A stretch of 63,861 nt of DNA, counting the filler, from Diploschistes diacapsis (Eukaryota): NCBI GenBank assembly GCA_023645945.1. It is 15 parts of 15 records of this genome, joined end to end, with 100 filler letters (N's around TTAATTAATTAA, not from the genome) between each part and the next. Parts side by side here need not be neighbours in the genome. Positions count along the whole stretch, not along the records: positions 23,319 to 44,956 come from JALAIB010000302.1; 14 more parts are not named here. One strand, given 5' to 3'. The notes beneath the pieces were generated by a model, which saw only the letters and a list, made by a program, of their open reading frames with translations, did no database searches and was not told the origin of the DNA. Position numbers and translations under genes: made by a program. This document shows positions 24,347-36,532 of the stretch, piece by piece (position 1 is the stretch's first letter; each line of letters starts with the position of its first letter).

Positions 24347-27300
24347 TTATTTTTTGAACGACGTGTTGCGTTTAATTCCCATCACCTGCCCGGCTTTCTT
24401 CCATACACCCGAGGGAAGGGAGGCGAAGGCTTCGGCCGATTTGGCCGCTCGAACTTGCTCCTTCCGCGTGAACTCAGTCTCCTCAAACTTATTGATCTTA
24501 CAAAAAATGGTCGAAAATGAGTATTGTTCACCGAGACGGTTGCGTAAGGGCAAGTGCCGATAGCCATTGAGTAAGCTGGATAATTTTGCGGTAAATGTTG
24601 CCTCGGGCTTTGCTTCGGTATTGTTGTTGTACGAGGAGGCATCGCTGGAATTGTAGACACTCCATTGCACAAAGGCAAGGTCCGGATGCTTCGTGGTAAC
24701 CGCAAACCTGAATTGAGTCTCGAATCTCGGATCGTACCCGTTATTGGGTACTATTTTGGTCCGTCGTCGCGTGCTCAGGTAAGGCGTGGACTTCTCGCGT
24801 TGTGCTTCCTGGCCCCCCTCACTGATGATCGTTCCGTAGCCTTTTTCGTCTGGTATATACACCTGGATTTCGATGTAGGGACTCGGCACGTTGTTACCGT
24901 TCGGTCCCACGGGTCGTGGCAAAAACTGCGCCGAGATCACGTCGATGGCGAAGCGGACTCTCTTCAATGACATTGACTTCAACGACTCGGGGCTCCTGTC
25001 CAGGACTCCTGGGCCCGTTCTGAGGCTCGGCGGCTTGAGAACATAGCCCGATCTGTCTGAGCCACTCGCAAACATCGCCTCATTAATTTGCATGCCGGTG
25101 TCATATGTCTGATAATTCAACGCCACCATTTGAACACCCCTTCTCCAGCATTGGAGAGGATCAAAGTTTGGTGAATCGATGCTGATTGAAGGATAAACAC
25201 GCATCAAGCAGTCCATGTTATGCTTCTCCAGCAACATGCTCTGTTCTTTGTCGCGGCAAAGCTTTGTGAACGTGTTCTGCGAAAGAGAGAAAATGTGGTT
25301 GTAAACTGCATTTCCGTCCGACGTGAAATTGCGAAATTTCAGGCCGCGAGTGTAGACACAAAGTTTGTCTAGCCTTTCGACAATCTTGCATTTCGAGTTC
25401 TTGGTCGATTGCCGAACGTTCAGCAGCGAGCCTGCATCCATCTCACTATCGTCGGCGGAGCTGCTTGCCCGCGGTGTACCATCCGCAGCTGGTGTAGGAG
25501 GCACGCTGCTGACCAGTGGACTCATAGAGGCGGGGCTCGACAGCAGGCCGCCGGGTCGGCCAGATAGGGGCATGACCGCTGCCTGCTGTGCTGCGGGAGA
25601 ACTGACGCTGCGTTGTCGAGTATGAACTGGCTTCTCGAGGGGAGACCCGGATTCCTCGATCGTTTCCAGTGCCCGTGTTTTGGCTTTGATGAGTATCTTC
25701 CCTCGCAGATCTTCGGGCGAGGGCAGGCCGGTTGAGTTGGGATCGACAAGCTTTGTGACAAGTCGGTCGCCAAGTTCTTTCCGCATGATGTCGACCATGA
25801 TCTCCTGCTGCGTGGCATCGCAATGGACTTCAAGCGACAATATCAAAGGATACAGCGATGCCTCGAAAGCATATCTCGAGATGACGGAGATACAGTCCGC
25901 GAACGGGATCCTTGTGGTTCTTGTCCGACCGTGAGTGACGGTGGGTTGAAAGCCATGTTCGGCCTTTCCGTCCCAGCAATCAATCTCCACGCAGCGGCAG
26001 CCTTGTTGCAATGCGCGGATATAACCCTCGATGCTCGAGGAGCCCAGCCACTGTCGGCCCAGGAGGTATGTATTGTGGGAACTGGCTATGAAGTACTGGT
26101 TGAGAGGTTGATCAAGCTTTCCCTCGATTGCCCCAAGGCGAAGGATGCTGTTGTGCGCAGAGGAGAGGAATGCATTGAACGCGCTGAATCCCATGAGCGG
26201 ATCCGTGCCATTGGGTGCGCGTGTTGCCCCTTGCTCGTTTTCCTGCACGAATCTAAGAAAAACGCTTTCCCAGTACGTAGGATGTGCTGCAACCGACACT
26301 CCCTGATGCTCTTGAAGAAAGGCCAAGAATTCGTTGAGCAGCAAGCCGGCGCTATGCTGTTTGGGTATCGTATTGAACACAAGGTGCAAGACGTCTGACC
26401 GGACCTTGACGTCCTTCACGAAAGCACGAAACTGATGGTAGTCCAGAAAGCCGGAGCCGGTAGGATCCGCCTTGTTGAATTTGTCCCGAATGGTTTTGGG
26501 CGACCAATTGATGTTCAAACTGTGGCAGACGCTTTTAATACCGACAAGGTCCAAGACCTCGTGCGTCGTTGCTCTGGGTTGGCCCTGAAAGAACTTATCC
26601 ATTTCCTGGTTCCATCGACTTCGAAGCGTGCTTTCGTCCAGGCCGGGTCCGGCCAGACCGGCAATGAGATCGTGGCGATATTTGTGCAGCCGGAGGAGTG
26701 TGCCGGTCCAGCTTTCAAATAGGTTCTCGTCGGGAGGGAAGATCAAATTCATTTCCTTGATGGGTCGACCCTTGGAGCGGTTGGTGTCCGCGTAAACGAT
26801 AGTAAGCCAGCGGTTTTCGAATTCCGCCGGCACGGAAAGATCATCTCTTATCTTCTTGGCGTCCCCTCTGACCCGAATAGCTTGGATGTCGTCAATGTAA
26901 AGGCTCTTGCTCATGGACTTCCAGGTCACCTTGGCGGCCTGCCCGTCGAAGACCAGGTATATTTGCTTGTGCCGCCCTTTCCTCGTAACCTTGGTGAGCC
27001 TTGTCCCGCAGCGAAGGCTGTCGGGAATGACGGGGGGTTCGTAATCCTCCACCCTGGACGCTTTCCTCGAACCGGAGTAGACGGACGATGACGCGCTCGG
27101 TATGAGGCCCGACATGGGGTCCCAGGGGGACCCTTCCGCTTCGTCGACGGTTGAATAGCCTTCGTTCGTTGCCATGTCAGACTCGTATCCGGTCTTGCTT
27201 CCGCTCCTTCTGCGGTTGACCAAAGGGCCCGAGCTATGGTCGCGGCTGCGCATGTTGTTGGACGAGCGACGAGAGGACAGACGGCCCGAGAAACGCCGTA

Positions 27301-27637
27301 TGAGGCCGGTAGGAGATTTGGTTTGAAATGCTTCACCCAGAGCGCTCGGGCCTTTCGGTGGTGGCAAGGCCGATGCCGGAGAAGTGGGCAGTTGAAGGGG
27401 TGACATGTAGCCATATTGGATGCCATCTTGAGCCCGTAGAGCATCCGGAGAGGACTGGAGAGAGAGGCTCAAGGGGCTTGCGCTAATCGAGGTTGCTTGG
27501 CTGGAAACGGTCCCAGGAGTCGTGCTGATCGGGAGAGTGAGTGCGCGATGCTTGGCATCGCGGTTGACCTGTTGGTGCATCTGCGTGTACGCTCTATCGT
27601 TTGGGGTAATCGGGGGGGTACAGAGCGGATCGTTCAT
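24347..27637 (-). CDS. PLC1: Phosphoinositide-specific phospholipase C (PH - EF hand - X - Y - C2), 1096 aa, apparently single exon
   Basis: X box YFIASSHNTYLLGRQ, GCRCVEIDCWDG, LILSLEVHC, LPSPEDLRGKILIK; Y box MRVYP, GVQMVALNYQT, SGYVLKP; C2 ISAQFLP, NNGYDP, GYRHLPL. Confidence 0.96.
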   Translation of the reverse strand: MNDPLCTPPITPNDRAYTQMHQQVNRDAKHRALTLPISTTPGTVSSQATSISASPLSLSLQSSPDALRAQDGIQYGYMSPLQLPTSPASALPPPKGPSALGEAFQTKSPTGLIRRFSGRLSSRRSSNNMRSRDHSSGPLVNRRRSGSKTGYESDMATNEGYSTVDEAEGSPWDPMSGLIPSASSSVYSGSRKASRVEDYEPPVIPDSLRCGTRLTKVTRKGRHKQIYLVFDGQAAKVTWKSMSKSLYIDDIQAIRVRGDAKKIRDDLSVPAEFENRWLTIVYADTNRSKGRPIKEMNLIFPPDENLFESWTGTLLRLHKYRHDLIAGLAGPGLDESTLRSRWNQEMDKFFQGQPRATTHEVLDLVGIKSVCHSLNINWSPKTIRDKFNKADPTGSGFLDYHQFRAFVKDVKVRSDVLHLVFNTIPKQHSAGLLLNEFLAFLQEHQGVSVAAHPTYWESVFLRFVQENEQGATRAPNGTDPLMGFSAFNAFLSSAHNSILRLGAIEGKLDQPLNQYFIASSHNTYLLGRQWLGSSSIEGYIRALQQGCRCVEIDCWDGKAEHGFQPTVTHGRTRTTRIPFADCISVISRYAFEASLYPLILSLEVHCDATQQEIMVDIMRKELGDRLVTKLVDPNSTGLPSPEDLRGKILIKAKTRALETIEESGSPLEKPVHTRQRSVSSPAAQQAAVMPLSGRPGGLLSSPASMSPLVSSVPPTPAADGTPRASSSADDSEMDAGSLLNVRQSTKNSKCKIVERLDKLCVYTRGLKFRNFTSDGNAVYNHIFSLSQNTFTKLCRDKEQSMLLEKHNMDCLMRVYPSISIDSPNFDPLQCWRRGVQMVALNYQTYDTGMQINEAMFASGSDRSGYVLKPPSLRTGPGVLDRSPESLKSMSLKRVRFAIDVISAQFLPRPVGPNGNNVPSPYIEIQVYIPDEKGYGTIISEGGQEAQREKSTPYLSTRRRTKIVPNNGYDPRFETQFRFAVTTKHPDLAFVQWSVYNSSDASSYNNNTEAKPEATFTAKLSSLLNGYRHLPLRNRLGEQYSFSTIFCKINKFEETEFTRKEQVRAAKSAEAFASLPSGVWKKAGQVMGIKRNTSFKK

Positions 27638-28730
27638 CGTGAAGGAGTGTTGTAAGAGGATATGTCGGAAGCGAGAAGGCGGATGAGAAGAAGTGTGGTG
27701 GGAAAGCTTTCAGATCGCAAATATCGTCCTCTGACGGTAGATCTTCCGCATATTGGAAAACCCATAGAGGAGGGCAGCCTGCCGTTCAATGTCAAGCACA
27801 GCTAGTACATGATGTCGATCGTGCTGGGCTGGACGGCCAGGGGTGAAAGTTGACGGATTGAGTAACTCGATGTTGTTACCCAAAGATCGAAGTGGCTAGC
27901 CCACCGAAGCGCACAGAAGGAATATCAATGAACGACGACGATCCTGCAAGGTCTGTCTTATGAAGGTAAGTAGTTGCTGAAACCCCCAATGGCCTGCAGA
28001 GGGGATCAAAAGGAGCGTGGGGTCGAGGATATGTGTGCCCGGCGAAGTGGTGGTGTGGTGTGGTGAGGAAGTTGTCAGGTAGATAGGGAGTGGCACCCCC
28101 CGGAATATTTTTTTTTCCCAAACTTTTTTCTTCTTCTTTTTCTCTGGGGTAGTGTGTAATCGTGCAGATGACGACTTGCCGTAGTGCCGTACGCAGTACA
28201 ACAACGCAAAATAACCGCACAAACAGGGGCAATGCACCTGGCCGTCGGCAACCGAAGAACACCCTCAAGGATGGTTTAACAAAAACGCAACTTATGGAGG
28301 GGGAGAAAAGGTTTGATAGCAGACACAGGGAATGAAGTTGAAGGTGGACCACACCCACCGATTTGCACAGGTGTGGAATTACAGAGCGTATTTGTACAGG
28401 AAACAACTGTAACAGCACAGTCGAACAGCAGCAGCGAGTTTCAAGCGTATCCAAAAAGAATGTCCTTCTTGTCTCAGTAACCTAGGTATACCTACCGTCT
28501 ACCGTAGGCAATTTCGCTTCCTCAGATGAAGCTTTTGGTTGACCTCTGGTTTGTGGTTCGATGGACTTGGTGCGTAGCTTTTCGTCAAGGAGAGTATGTG
28601 CAGGAAGAGAATCCCAGTGGGTGAGTGCTGAGGATTGAAATTACAGGAGAAGCAATAACCACTGGAAGGACGACGAGTCTTAAAAATGGTTCAACCCCGC
28701 AAGGAAAAAAAAAGAAGGAAAAAAGAAGAG

Positions 28731-28752
28731 GTGTGTGTGTGTGTGTGTGTGT
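28731..28752. repeat. (GT)11 microsatellite
   Basis: Read directly from the sequence. Confidence 0.95.
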
Positions 28753-28788
28753 CAATAATGGGTCTGGTAGGGTGATCCATGGAAGGTA

Positions 28789-30112
28789 ATGATGAATGGC
28801 CTCAGTTCGCGAAGGGTTCGAAGGGTTGGCGAGGTGTAAGTACAGAAGCGTAGAGGCAGAGCTTTATCATGCTCCTCCGCCTTGGTGACTAGACATAACG
28901 ACAGAGCTCAAGACCAGGGAGGAGGAGAAGGAGGAGAAGGAGGAGAAGAAGCAGGTCAGGTTAAGAAGCGTGTACGCTCACGCAGCCCCAGTGTCGAGAG
29001 CGTTGTGAGCGTCACGGAGCCACTTGTAGCCACAAAGAAGGGAGCGAAGAGAAAGGCACTAGGTAACATCGAAGAAGGAGATGCAGAGGCACAAAGGCCT
29101 GCCAAGTTAGTCCGTGTCGCAGACAAGTTGCCATACGTTGTCCGCGGCATCAGAGGCAAAATCGCCGCAGACATCACCAGAGAGGTCGACAAGCTATACG
29201 CTGCGGACGAGAGAGCTTTCCTGCAACAGGACTGTGATCGCGCCTGCAGCAAGGTCAGCCAGGCTCTCCATAATGACACAGCGTGTTCGCAAGACCTCGA
29301 CATCTTCGAAAAAGACCTCAGAACGCACGTCCACACGACCAATGCCCAGCTTCGCTTCGAATGGTTTCAACGCAGCAAGTACGCCTGGATCAACCTCAAA
29401 CGGACGATTGCAGAAACCATAGACAAGCTGAAGGAGAACGACTGTTTTGCAAAATGCTCGGTCGATGGTGCGTCGGACAAGGTCAGAGCCCATTTCCAAG
29501 GGCTCGCCAATCGCCACAAAGCGAGCTATTCCGAGGTCACGACAAAGCTGGGGGAGCACAGCGAGACTGTGTTTAAGGCTGTGAGCATCAAGACGGCCCA
29601 GCTGAAGCAGGCGTGTGGCGATGTCGAGGCAGGGGAAGAGGCAGAGGCAAAGAGCAGTTTGGTAGTTGCTGCGCGTAACGACATTCAGATGCTGCTGGAC
29701 GAGGTCCGCCTAGGGTACAACCTTTTGGTATGTAGCGCGGGCACTAGTGTTGACCTGACGCCTATATCCATCGACCGCCAGATGGACCGTTTCAAGCACA
29801 TGTAAGGTGGTGAAGTTCTTGGTCGACAAGTTGCTCTCTGCGTCAATAGGCAGATTGAGCGTTAGACAAATGGAGCGCTTCAAGACCATCTAAGTTAGCG
29901 AAGCTGGGATGTCCAGGGGAATGGCCCTTTGTGTTGATAGACAGATCGAGCGCTTCAAAAGGGCATTCGAGTCGGTGAAGTTGGGTCGTCAAGAAAAGGG
30001 AGAGGGAGAAGACGGCCCACTTTGGGGGATTCGGCGAGGTCAAATCATCTGTGCGTGGGGAACAAAATTTCATCGGCCTTCTCGAGCTTTTCCAGGTTGC
30101 AGATGCTCTTAA
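28789..30112 (+). CDS. Orphan protein: basic/acidic N-terminus, helical C-terminal half; predicted exons 28789-28835, 28905-29727, plus an uncertain terminal exon
   Basis: 307-codon ORF with protein-like composition; GTAAGT..CAG intron links it to an in-frame ATG at 28789; GTATGT donor at 29728; no recognisable family. Confidence 0.55.
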
Positions 30113-30702
30113 CATTAATTACTGTATTGCAACAAGCAATTGCTCGCGCCTACTAGGGGGGTTATCTGGCAACAAGGCCTTTCAATTGTAAAATAGCATA
30201 TATAACGTTTTGCTTGAGGTACTGAGCCTCCTTTGCGGCAGAGGCCCGCAGAGCAGAGGCATCGCCACTAAAATTCAATAATGGTAGAATGTACAACAAA
30301 GAATATCTACCTTCGAGTGTCTTCCCCCTTGTCTTTCTTGGTGGCTTGCTTCAACATTATATGCTTGGGCCTGCAGTCTACGAACAGAGACGTAGCCAGC
30401 AGGCTCCCATCCCTCCTTCTCTCTTAGGCCTTCTCTGGTCTACACAGGACGCCCTTTTCCATTTCACGCTGCTTCTAGTATGTGCAGAACGCCCAAATTA
30501 TCCATTCCTGCACAAATAGGATCTTCAGGCGTATGGGACAAAACTTGAAAGAGATAAAGAAATCCGAATTTGTGGTATCAAGACGTAACTCATGAATATT
30601 AGTTGAAGCGGCGAAATCAGGGACTTGCCGAAAGTCGAGAGTTCAGCTGCCAAAGATATGCGATGCGGGCAGAGAGATAAGGCGGGAAACATAAGAGCGA
30701 TA

Positions 30703-33700
30703 CTATGATTGGCCTGCGAACGCTTGATATGCTTCGAGAAGGGCTAAAGGCCATGTAAGCGCAAATCTAAGATCGCCTGAATGTTCCATACCATGCAAAA
30801 CGTGTATCTGGTTTGCCGAGCTTTCACAAGCACACTGGAGTGTACTATTGTCGTTGAAATCAAGCGTCACGCCTAGATTATTGCATAAGTACACCCCACG
30901 AAGTTAGAAGGATAGACTTACTGTGAGGCAGCTCCTCCCTATCGGGATCTGGTACGTATGGTGTGCGGAAATCAGTAATATGGTAACGCTTCGTGCCAAC
31001 CTTGGAGCCCTGGGATTATTAGCTTGGTCAATGAACAGAAGCCTGCAGGAGTAGACATACCTTATCAAGCTGTGACAAAACAAGGTAGCCATGAGCATCC
31101 ACTTCTACATGCCGCCTCTTCCACAGCTATTTCACGTTAGCTGATTCGATGCATGCCGAGAAATGTAACACAAACCAGTGTATCAGGAAATTGAACATTG
31201 ACGTCTCCTACGGCCACGTTTGTTGACCAGCGCTTTGAGGGCTCGGGTTCTTGGTTCTCAGGGATTGACTGGCTGTTCAACGTAGGATTCAACGTTTGTG
31301 CAATGGTCCTGCGTGGAGCACCAGCAATATTTGATAGGCGCTTGAATAAACGCTTCTTTTTAGAACCTCTCTTTTCACTGTCACTCGTGATGCTGTCCGA
31401 TGACTGTGACCTTGGAGGTCCTGCTGGCGCATCGGAGCCACTCCTACTGCTAGTAACGGATATGCGACTAGAAGATGCATCGGCTCTTGGCAAAGTCATC
31501 CCCTCTCTCGATGAATTCGTCGTGGATATGCTGGCAGATTTTTTCTTGGGTGATTTCGGGCCAAAGAATGATGGCCGTTTATTGACCCTGGCGGGTGGAC
31601 TGCGCGGAGCTTCATCTAATACAGTGCCCCTTTCTAGTGAACTGGTGGACGGGTCTTTTTTAAATGTTGTATTGATCGAAATCGGACCACCCTTCTGTTT
31701 TGCATTCGAGGCACTTGGCTTGTTAGTCTTGATCAGTCGAGCCGAAAACCCCTGAGGGGATGGTGAGGGAGTAGGATATCCTGTCTGGGTTTGGAAAAAG
31801 TTGCCGCCACGTCCGGACTCAGCTCCTGCAGAGGCTTGTGGTGTATTCAAAGAGGTCTTCCTCAAGCTCACAATTGCTGGCGTAACGATGGCTTTAGCTG
31901 AAGTAGATTGAGTGCCTGAGCTGGAGAAATTCTCGAATGCCTTGATTCTCTGTGATATCAAAGAAGAAACTGCTGACTTCTTCGAGGTTGGCCTTTCCAT
32001 GTCAGGTGAATGACTCGGTACCGGAGAGCTACTATCCGCTCTCATTGGAAGGGCCGTTAGCACACTGGGAGAATCTCTTCCAGTGCCTGGCTTCATGGGC
32101 ATAGAAGAAGAGCGAGTAGGGAGTGAGGAGACGTGCGTATTTGATACCTGCAAATCAGAATGCAATCTGGAAATTCCCAAAAGTGATTGATCTACTGCTG
32201 GGGTACGGGGTGCTTCAGCTTCCGGCTGCGCTGGTTTTGCAGAGGTTTCGCTCGACCTACGCATCTCAATCTGGCGTGGAGAGGCAGGCGAGAACGGCGT
32301 CAAAGGCGATTTCGATAGCGAGACGGATTTGGCTTCTTCCACAGTCGCGCTCTGTAACTCATCCAGAAGCGATTCTTCTGAAAGAGATGGCGCTCTAGAA
32401 ACATCCTCCGGTCGTGTGGGAGTAAGAGGCTGTGGCTTCTGCTTCCTACCTAGAGTAGACTCTGAAGCACGCTTGATTGAGGCGGCAAGGTGATTTGTAC
32501 TATCATTTGCAATTTCAACAGACTTCAAATTATGCTCGGATAAAGTCATGAGGGCGGCCTTGGTATTGGCTTGAATATCCTTCGACGTCTCGTGCTGGTA
32601 TAGCAGGTCACTCTCTTCGTGTTCTGCGGTGGGTAACGGAATCCCTTCAGGTTGAATTTGCCTCGAATTCAAGTCGGGACCTAGAAGCGGCGGCACCAAC
32701 ATATTCGCGGAAGTGGAACAAGCTGGGGCCATCGACATGTTTCTTCCACTTTCCTCAATCATTATTCCTGAGTCGGCGTTGGGAGTCGAAGCTGGCTCAT
32801 TAATAGCCTCCTGAAGATTGTTGGTCTCCTTGTCGATATGTTTCTCGTTTAAGACATTGACATTATTCATTGGATGTGCGGGTTTCTTATCCAATTCTGG
32901 AATAACATCCTGGGCAGGGTCTGAGATCGTATTGCTGGAGATTGCTTCCTTTGTTTGTTTAATTAAGCCATTTTGAGAAAGATTGGGAGAGGTAGAACGA
33001 TCATTGATGGCTTCAGACTCTGTGAAACTAGTAGTCGGGGACAATACATGCTCATCGTTGTCATTGGCGATCGTTTTGCTTAATTGATGATCATTTTGCG
33101 AAGCCTTTAAAGGCTTGTCAGCCTCTTTCGAAGCCGCCTTTGCTGACTGGGTCTTCTTTCTTTTCTGCAATGCCTTCATCAGACGCTGCTTCTCTGGGGT
33201 TGCAGAAGCAGAATGTTCCACATAACGAGCATTCGCAGGGACAGTTACCGCACTGCCCGCACGTGAGATTGGCCTATCGAAGGTAGGAGAATTGTATGCC
33301 GACGCCACTGATGAGCCATAGGGTCGCACGTTTGGTATTCCAAAGAATGACCTCCCCGGGTTCTGTTGAGTCTGAGGTCTTGGCATCGTATCAATGTCGC
33401 GCTGACCAAGGCGAATGCCTGCAGGCAGAGCGGAAACAGGTCGACCAAAGGAGCCCGAATGCCGTTTCTCCAATGAGGGGCGAGGAGCCAACTTGACTTT
33501 TGGTTTGTATAAGTAGGCAAAGGAGTCACTCGATGCAACAGGAGCGACCAGAGACAAGTGCTCAACCAGTACTCCGGGCGCCTCTGCAGGGGCTATAGAG
33601 GCGCCAGTTGGGGCACGATCCCTCCTTGTGCTGGAACCGACAGTATCGTGTCGCTTCAAGCTTTGAGTTTCCAGGTTCCCCTTGGGGAGCTCGCCTCTGT

Positions 33701-34374
33701 TCTCCTCGTCAATTGTAGTTTCCGACGGCCACTTGACTTGATCCAACTCTTTATCGGTCGGTTGGTTTTGCGAGTCGATCTTGGCTGCTGCTGGTAACGC
33801 AAGCGACGTTTCCCCCACGTCTTCAATGATCCCCGTCAGGCGTCGACGCGTCTTGTGAGGTTCGTTCTGAGTAGGAGAGCTGGAGCCTTTGCTGGTTGAG
33901 ACAGATGAGGATAGTGTGGTTTCGTCGAGATCTGATGCGCTCTCAAGAGATACTACCGCGTCATGAGGAAATTTCTCGATCACGCTTTGAACGTGCACTG
34001 CGAGACGCGCTACGGGATTGTTTACTCAGCGCTCGAGCATGAACTTGAGGTTAACACATACCTTGTAAAAGTCTAGAAGTTCCCTCCGGAACGTATTTCA
34101 GCAACACCTTCCTCCGCCGGTATGCCAATAACCCGTAGAGGGGTGACTTCTCGTTATATTTCTCTATGACTTCCCGAACCTCTGTGACTCCGTCTGCACC
34201 CATCCGCCACACATCGACCTCGTCCCTCGAAGTGTAATGGAGGAGAAACCTGGATACGTCGCAATCAGCGCCTTGCATGGTGCAAAAGAGTATAACCTAC
34301 CATCCCCTTGGCTCCGAAGCAGCACTTTCGTAGGCTTCCTTAACTTTCGCAGCGTCAAGACCGTTGAGGGACAT
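30703..34374 (-). CDS. Large scaffold protein: N-terminal ADF-H (drebrin/cofilin-like) domain, long disordered middle, C-terminal PH-like domain; about 7 exons
   Basis: MSLNGLD..GW/FLLHYTSRDEV..SPLYG..YRRRKVLLKYVPEGTSRLLQ/ARL; VNVQFPDTL/LWKRR..KRYHITDFRTPYVPDPDREELPH/SVTLDF..TLQCACE; canonical introns. Confidence 0.85.
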
Positions 34375-34956
34375 GGCCTATTTTCTTCTGTCTCTACAAT
34401 GCCATTCGAAGATCGACTTTGGGGGCGGGGTGCTGGCCTACAAAGGTAGTGATGGAGCCCAAGCACATGGAGAGCGGTTTGACTACTTTTCAGGGCAAGG
34501 TGAGCAAAGACAGCAACTGTACAATTCCCATTGTCGGGATTGAGGCCGTCTGGGGCACTGGACACTCGACGAAGAGATAATGATAGACAAAGAACGAACT
34601 CCGAAGGCACAGAGCTACCTGTTCGAAGACTGAGGAGGAAATTCACAGTAGCGTCTAACCTAGTGCAGGAACAGGGGTTGTATTCATCGTGCCACAGAGT
34701 TAGAACTTAGACGTAGCTCAAGCTTTAGTGTAGAGCTGTTTACTAGGGTAGCTAAGGTCACAATAAAATATCGCTTCAGCCAATAATGAATGTATGGTAA
34801 AGTGTGCAGTCTAACGGTCTATCGCATCTTTAACATTCCGTCATCCAAAGGGCCTAGTACCTGTTGAGCAGATGCCGCACCAGGCTTTTTATGGACTTCA
34901 TTTTTATTATCATCCCTACCACCTCTCCAACATTTACTTCTACAGACTCTCTCTCA

Positions 34957-35612
34957 ATGGCTCCGAGCTTGACTCTTCCGCCTATTCAAAGTTTACCTAG
35001 CTTATCCACCATAGAACGAGCGAAGGTTTTAGATCTGCTATTTGAGCCATGCATTCAGCTTCATACTCTCTCCCTAGAACTGCTCGGCATACAGAGCTTT
35101 GCGAGCTACGTTGACTTGATTGCGAGCGTTGGAATTCAGTTAACTAAGTTGGCTAAGTCGCCATCAACAAGCGACACAGCGTGGCTAGACGCAATTCTAG
35201 GCTCGCATCCACGACTAGGTGAGGAGAAGGTAGACAGCCAGCAGAGTCAGACCGAGCAAGCCCATTTGCAGACTTCGAGTCAAAAAGAGGTCTCTAGTCT
35301 AGCTCTGCTGAACGATGAATACGAAAGGACTTTCCCAAGGCTGCGCTATGTGTGAGTCCAGACACATTCTTTGTCTTCTTCAACAGCTTAGTGGATAAGA
35401 ACGTTTGTCAACGGCCGCGAAAGGTCCCTTCTTATGCAAGACATGCGAGCACGCATCGATCGTTGCAGGATTGACCTGGAGAGAAGCGCAGCGATCAAGG
35501 TTTGTGGCACGAACAACAGTCAGGCATGAGAAACGGACAACTCCCTGACCGGTTCTTTTAGGCCATGTGCGATATTGCTACTGATCGTGCGAACAAGCTC
35601 AACGCACCTTGA
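34957..35612 (+). CDS. OHCU decarboxylase (urate catabolism); exons 34957-35351, 35400-35499, 35562-35612
   Basis: LFEP, ILGSHPRLGE, SQTEQA, LNDEYERTFPRLRYV/TFVNGR, AMCDIATDRA. Confidence 0.88.
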
Positions 35613-35956
35613 ATGGCTGATTTGCAATTTGGGGAATCGAACCCAAGCCCAATGATTGGGCGCAAACCCATAAAAGAAACCATTATCCGTGCTAGCGTAT
35701 TTGGCTACTCCCAGAAGGAACATGTTTGACGGTGTGTCATCGAAGCCAATTCGGTCGATGACACAAAAATTGGGGATAATTCTCCCTGTTCTTCTCATCT
35801 GACAGTTGGTGAACTGCACTCTCGCTGCAAAGGGATTTTGCGCGATGACTTCGAAGATGCCATTTTTTGAGCCAGGATACTGTCGTTCAAATTGTAGGGG
35901 TTGGCTGATTCTTCGCGTCGATTGAAGTTATTCTTCTCTATTTCATCCTCCCAATT

Positions 35957-36532
35957 TCACCATGGCTCATCGGCATAGGAATCACCTTCAAGATCAAGCG
36001 CATCATAATTTGAGAGTCCTAAAGGCTTGAACATAGCGATGGTGGGATCCTGCGAGGCTGGCTGATTCAGATTTGGTGGTGAGCGGCTTGCATGAGCACT
36101 TCTCCGTTGCGTTCGTACATCATTCATCCGTTGGTTGTTTCCCAAAGATTTTCCTTCGGCCATTGTTCGCTGTCGAGTGCAGTTCAGGAGGGCAGCTTTC
36201 CGCAGAACATTGCGTGTTAAGCCAGTTGTACAGTTGCATCTTATGAGCTGTACTCCCCCTCGACTATTAATATATGTCGACGGGGTCGCGTATGGTTCGC
36301 TCAGCCTTGATGTGACGAGTTCTTTTCTTAGTCTCCTCTTCTTAATCTGTACATGGCCCGAGCTCTCGCCATCCACGTCTGTGCTCGGTCTGTGTCTTTT
36401 TCGAGGCCGGGATGGTAGTGCATCGTGTTTCTCAAGACACATTTTCGCATGCGGAGTGTGTAGAGGATTTACCATGAAAGCATAGGTGGCTAAGCTTGGG
36501 GAAGCTTTGTCAAGCCGTGGCTGGAACAGCAT
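35957..36532 (-). CDS. Conserved Pezizomycotina protein of unknown function with a basic NLS-like segment
   Basis: RKRHRPSTDVDG..KKRRLR..LVTSRLSEPYATPSTYI..LRKAALLN..PLGLSNYDALDLE motif chain, recalled from fungal hypothetical proteins; start could be 36532 or 36475. Confidence 0.7.
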   Translation of the reverse strand: MLFQPRLDKASPSLATYAFMVNPLHTPHAKMCLEKHDALPSRPRKRHRPSTDVDGESSGHVQIKKRRLRKELVTSRLSEPYATPSTYINSRGGVQLIRCNCTTGLTRNVLRKAALLNCTRQRTMAEGKSLGNNQRMNDVRTQRRSAHASRSPPNLNQPASQDPTIAMFKPLGLSNYDALDLEGDSYADEPW

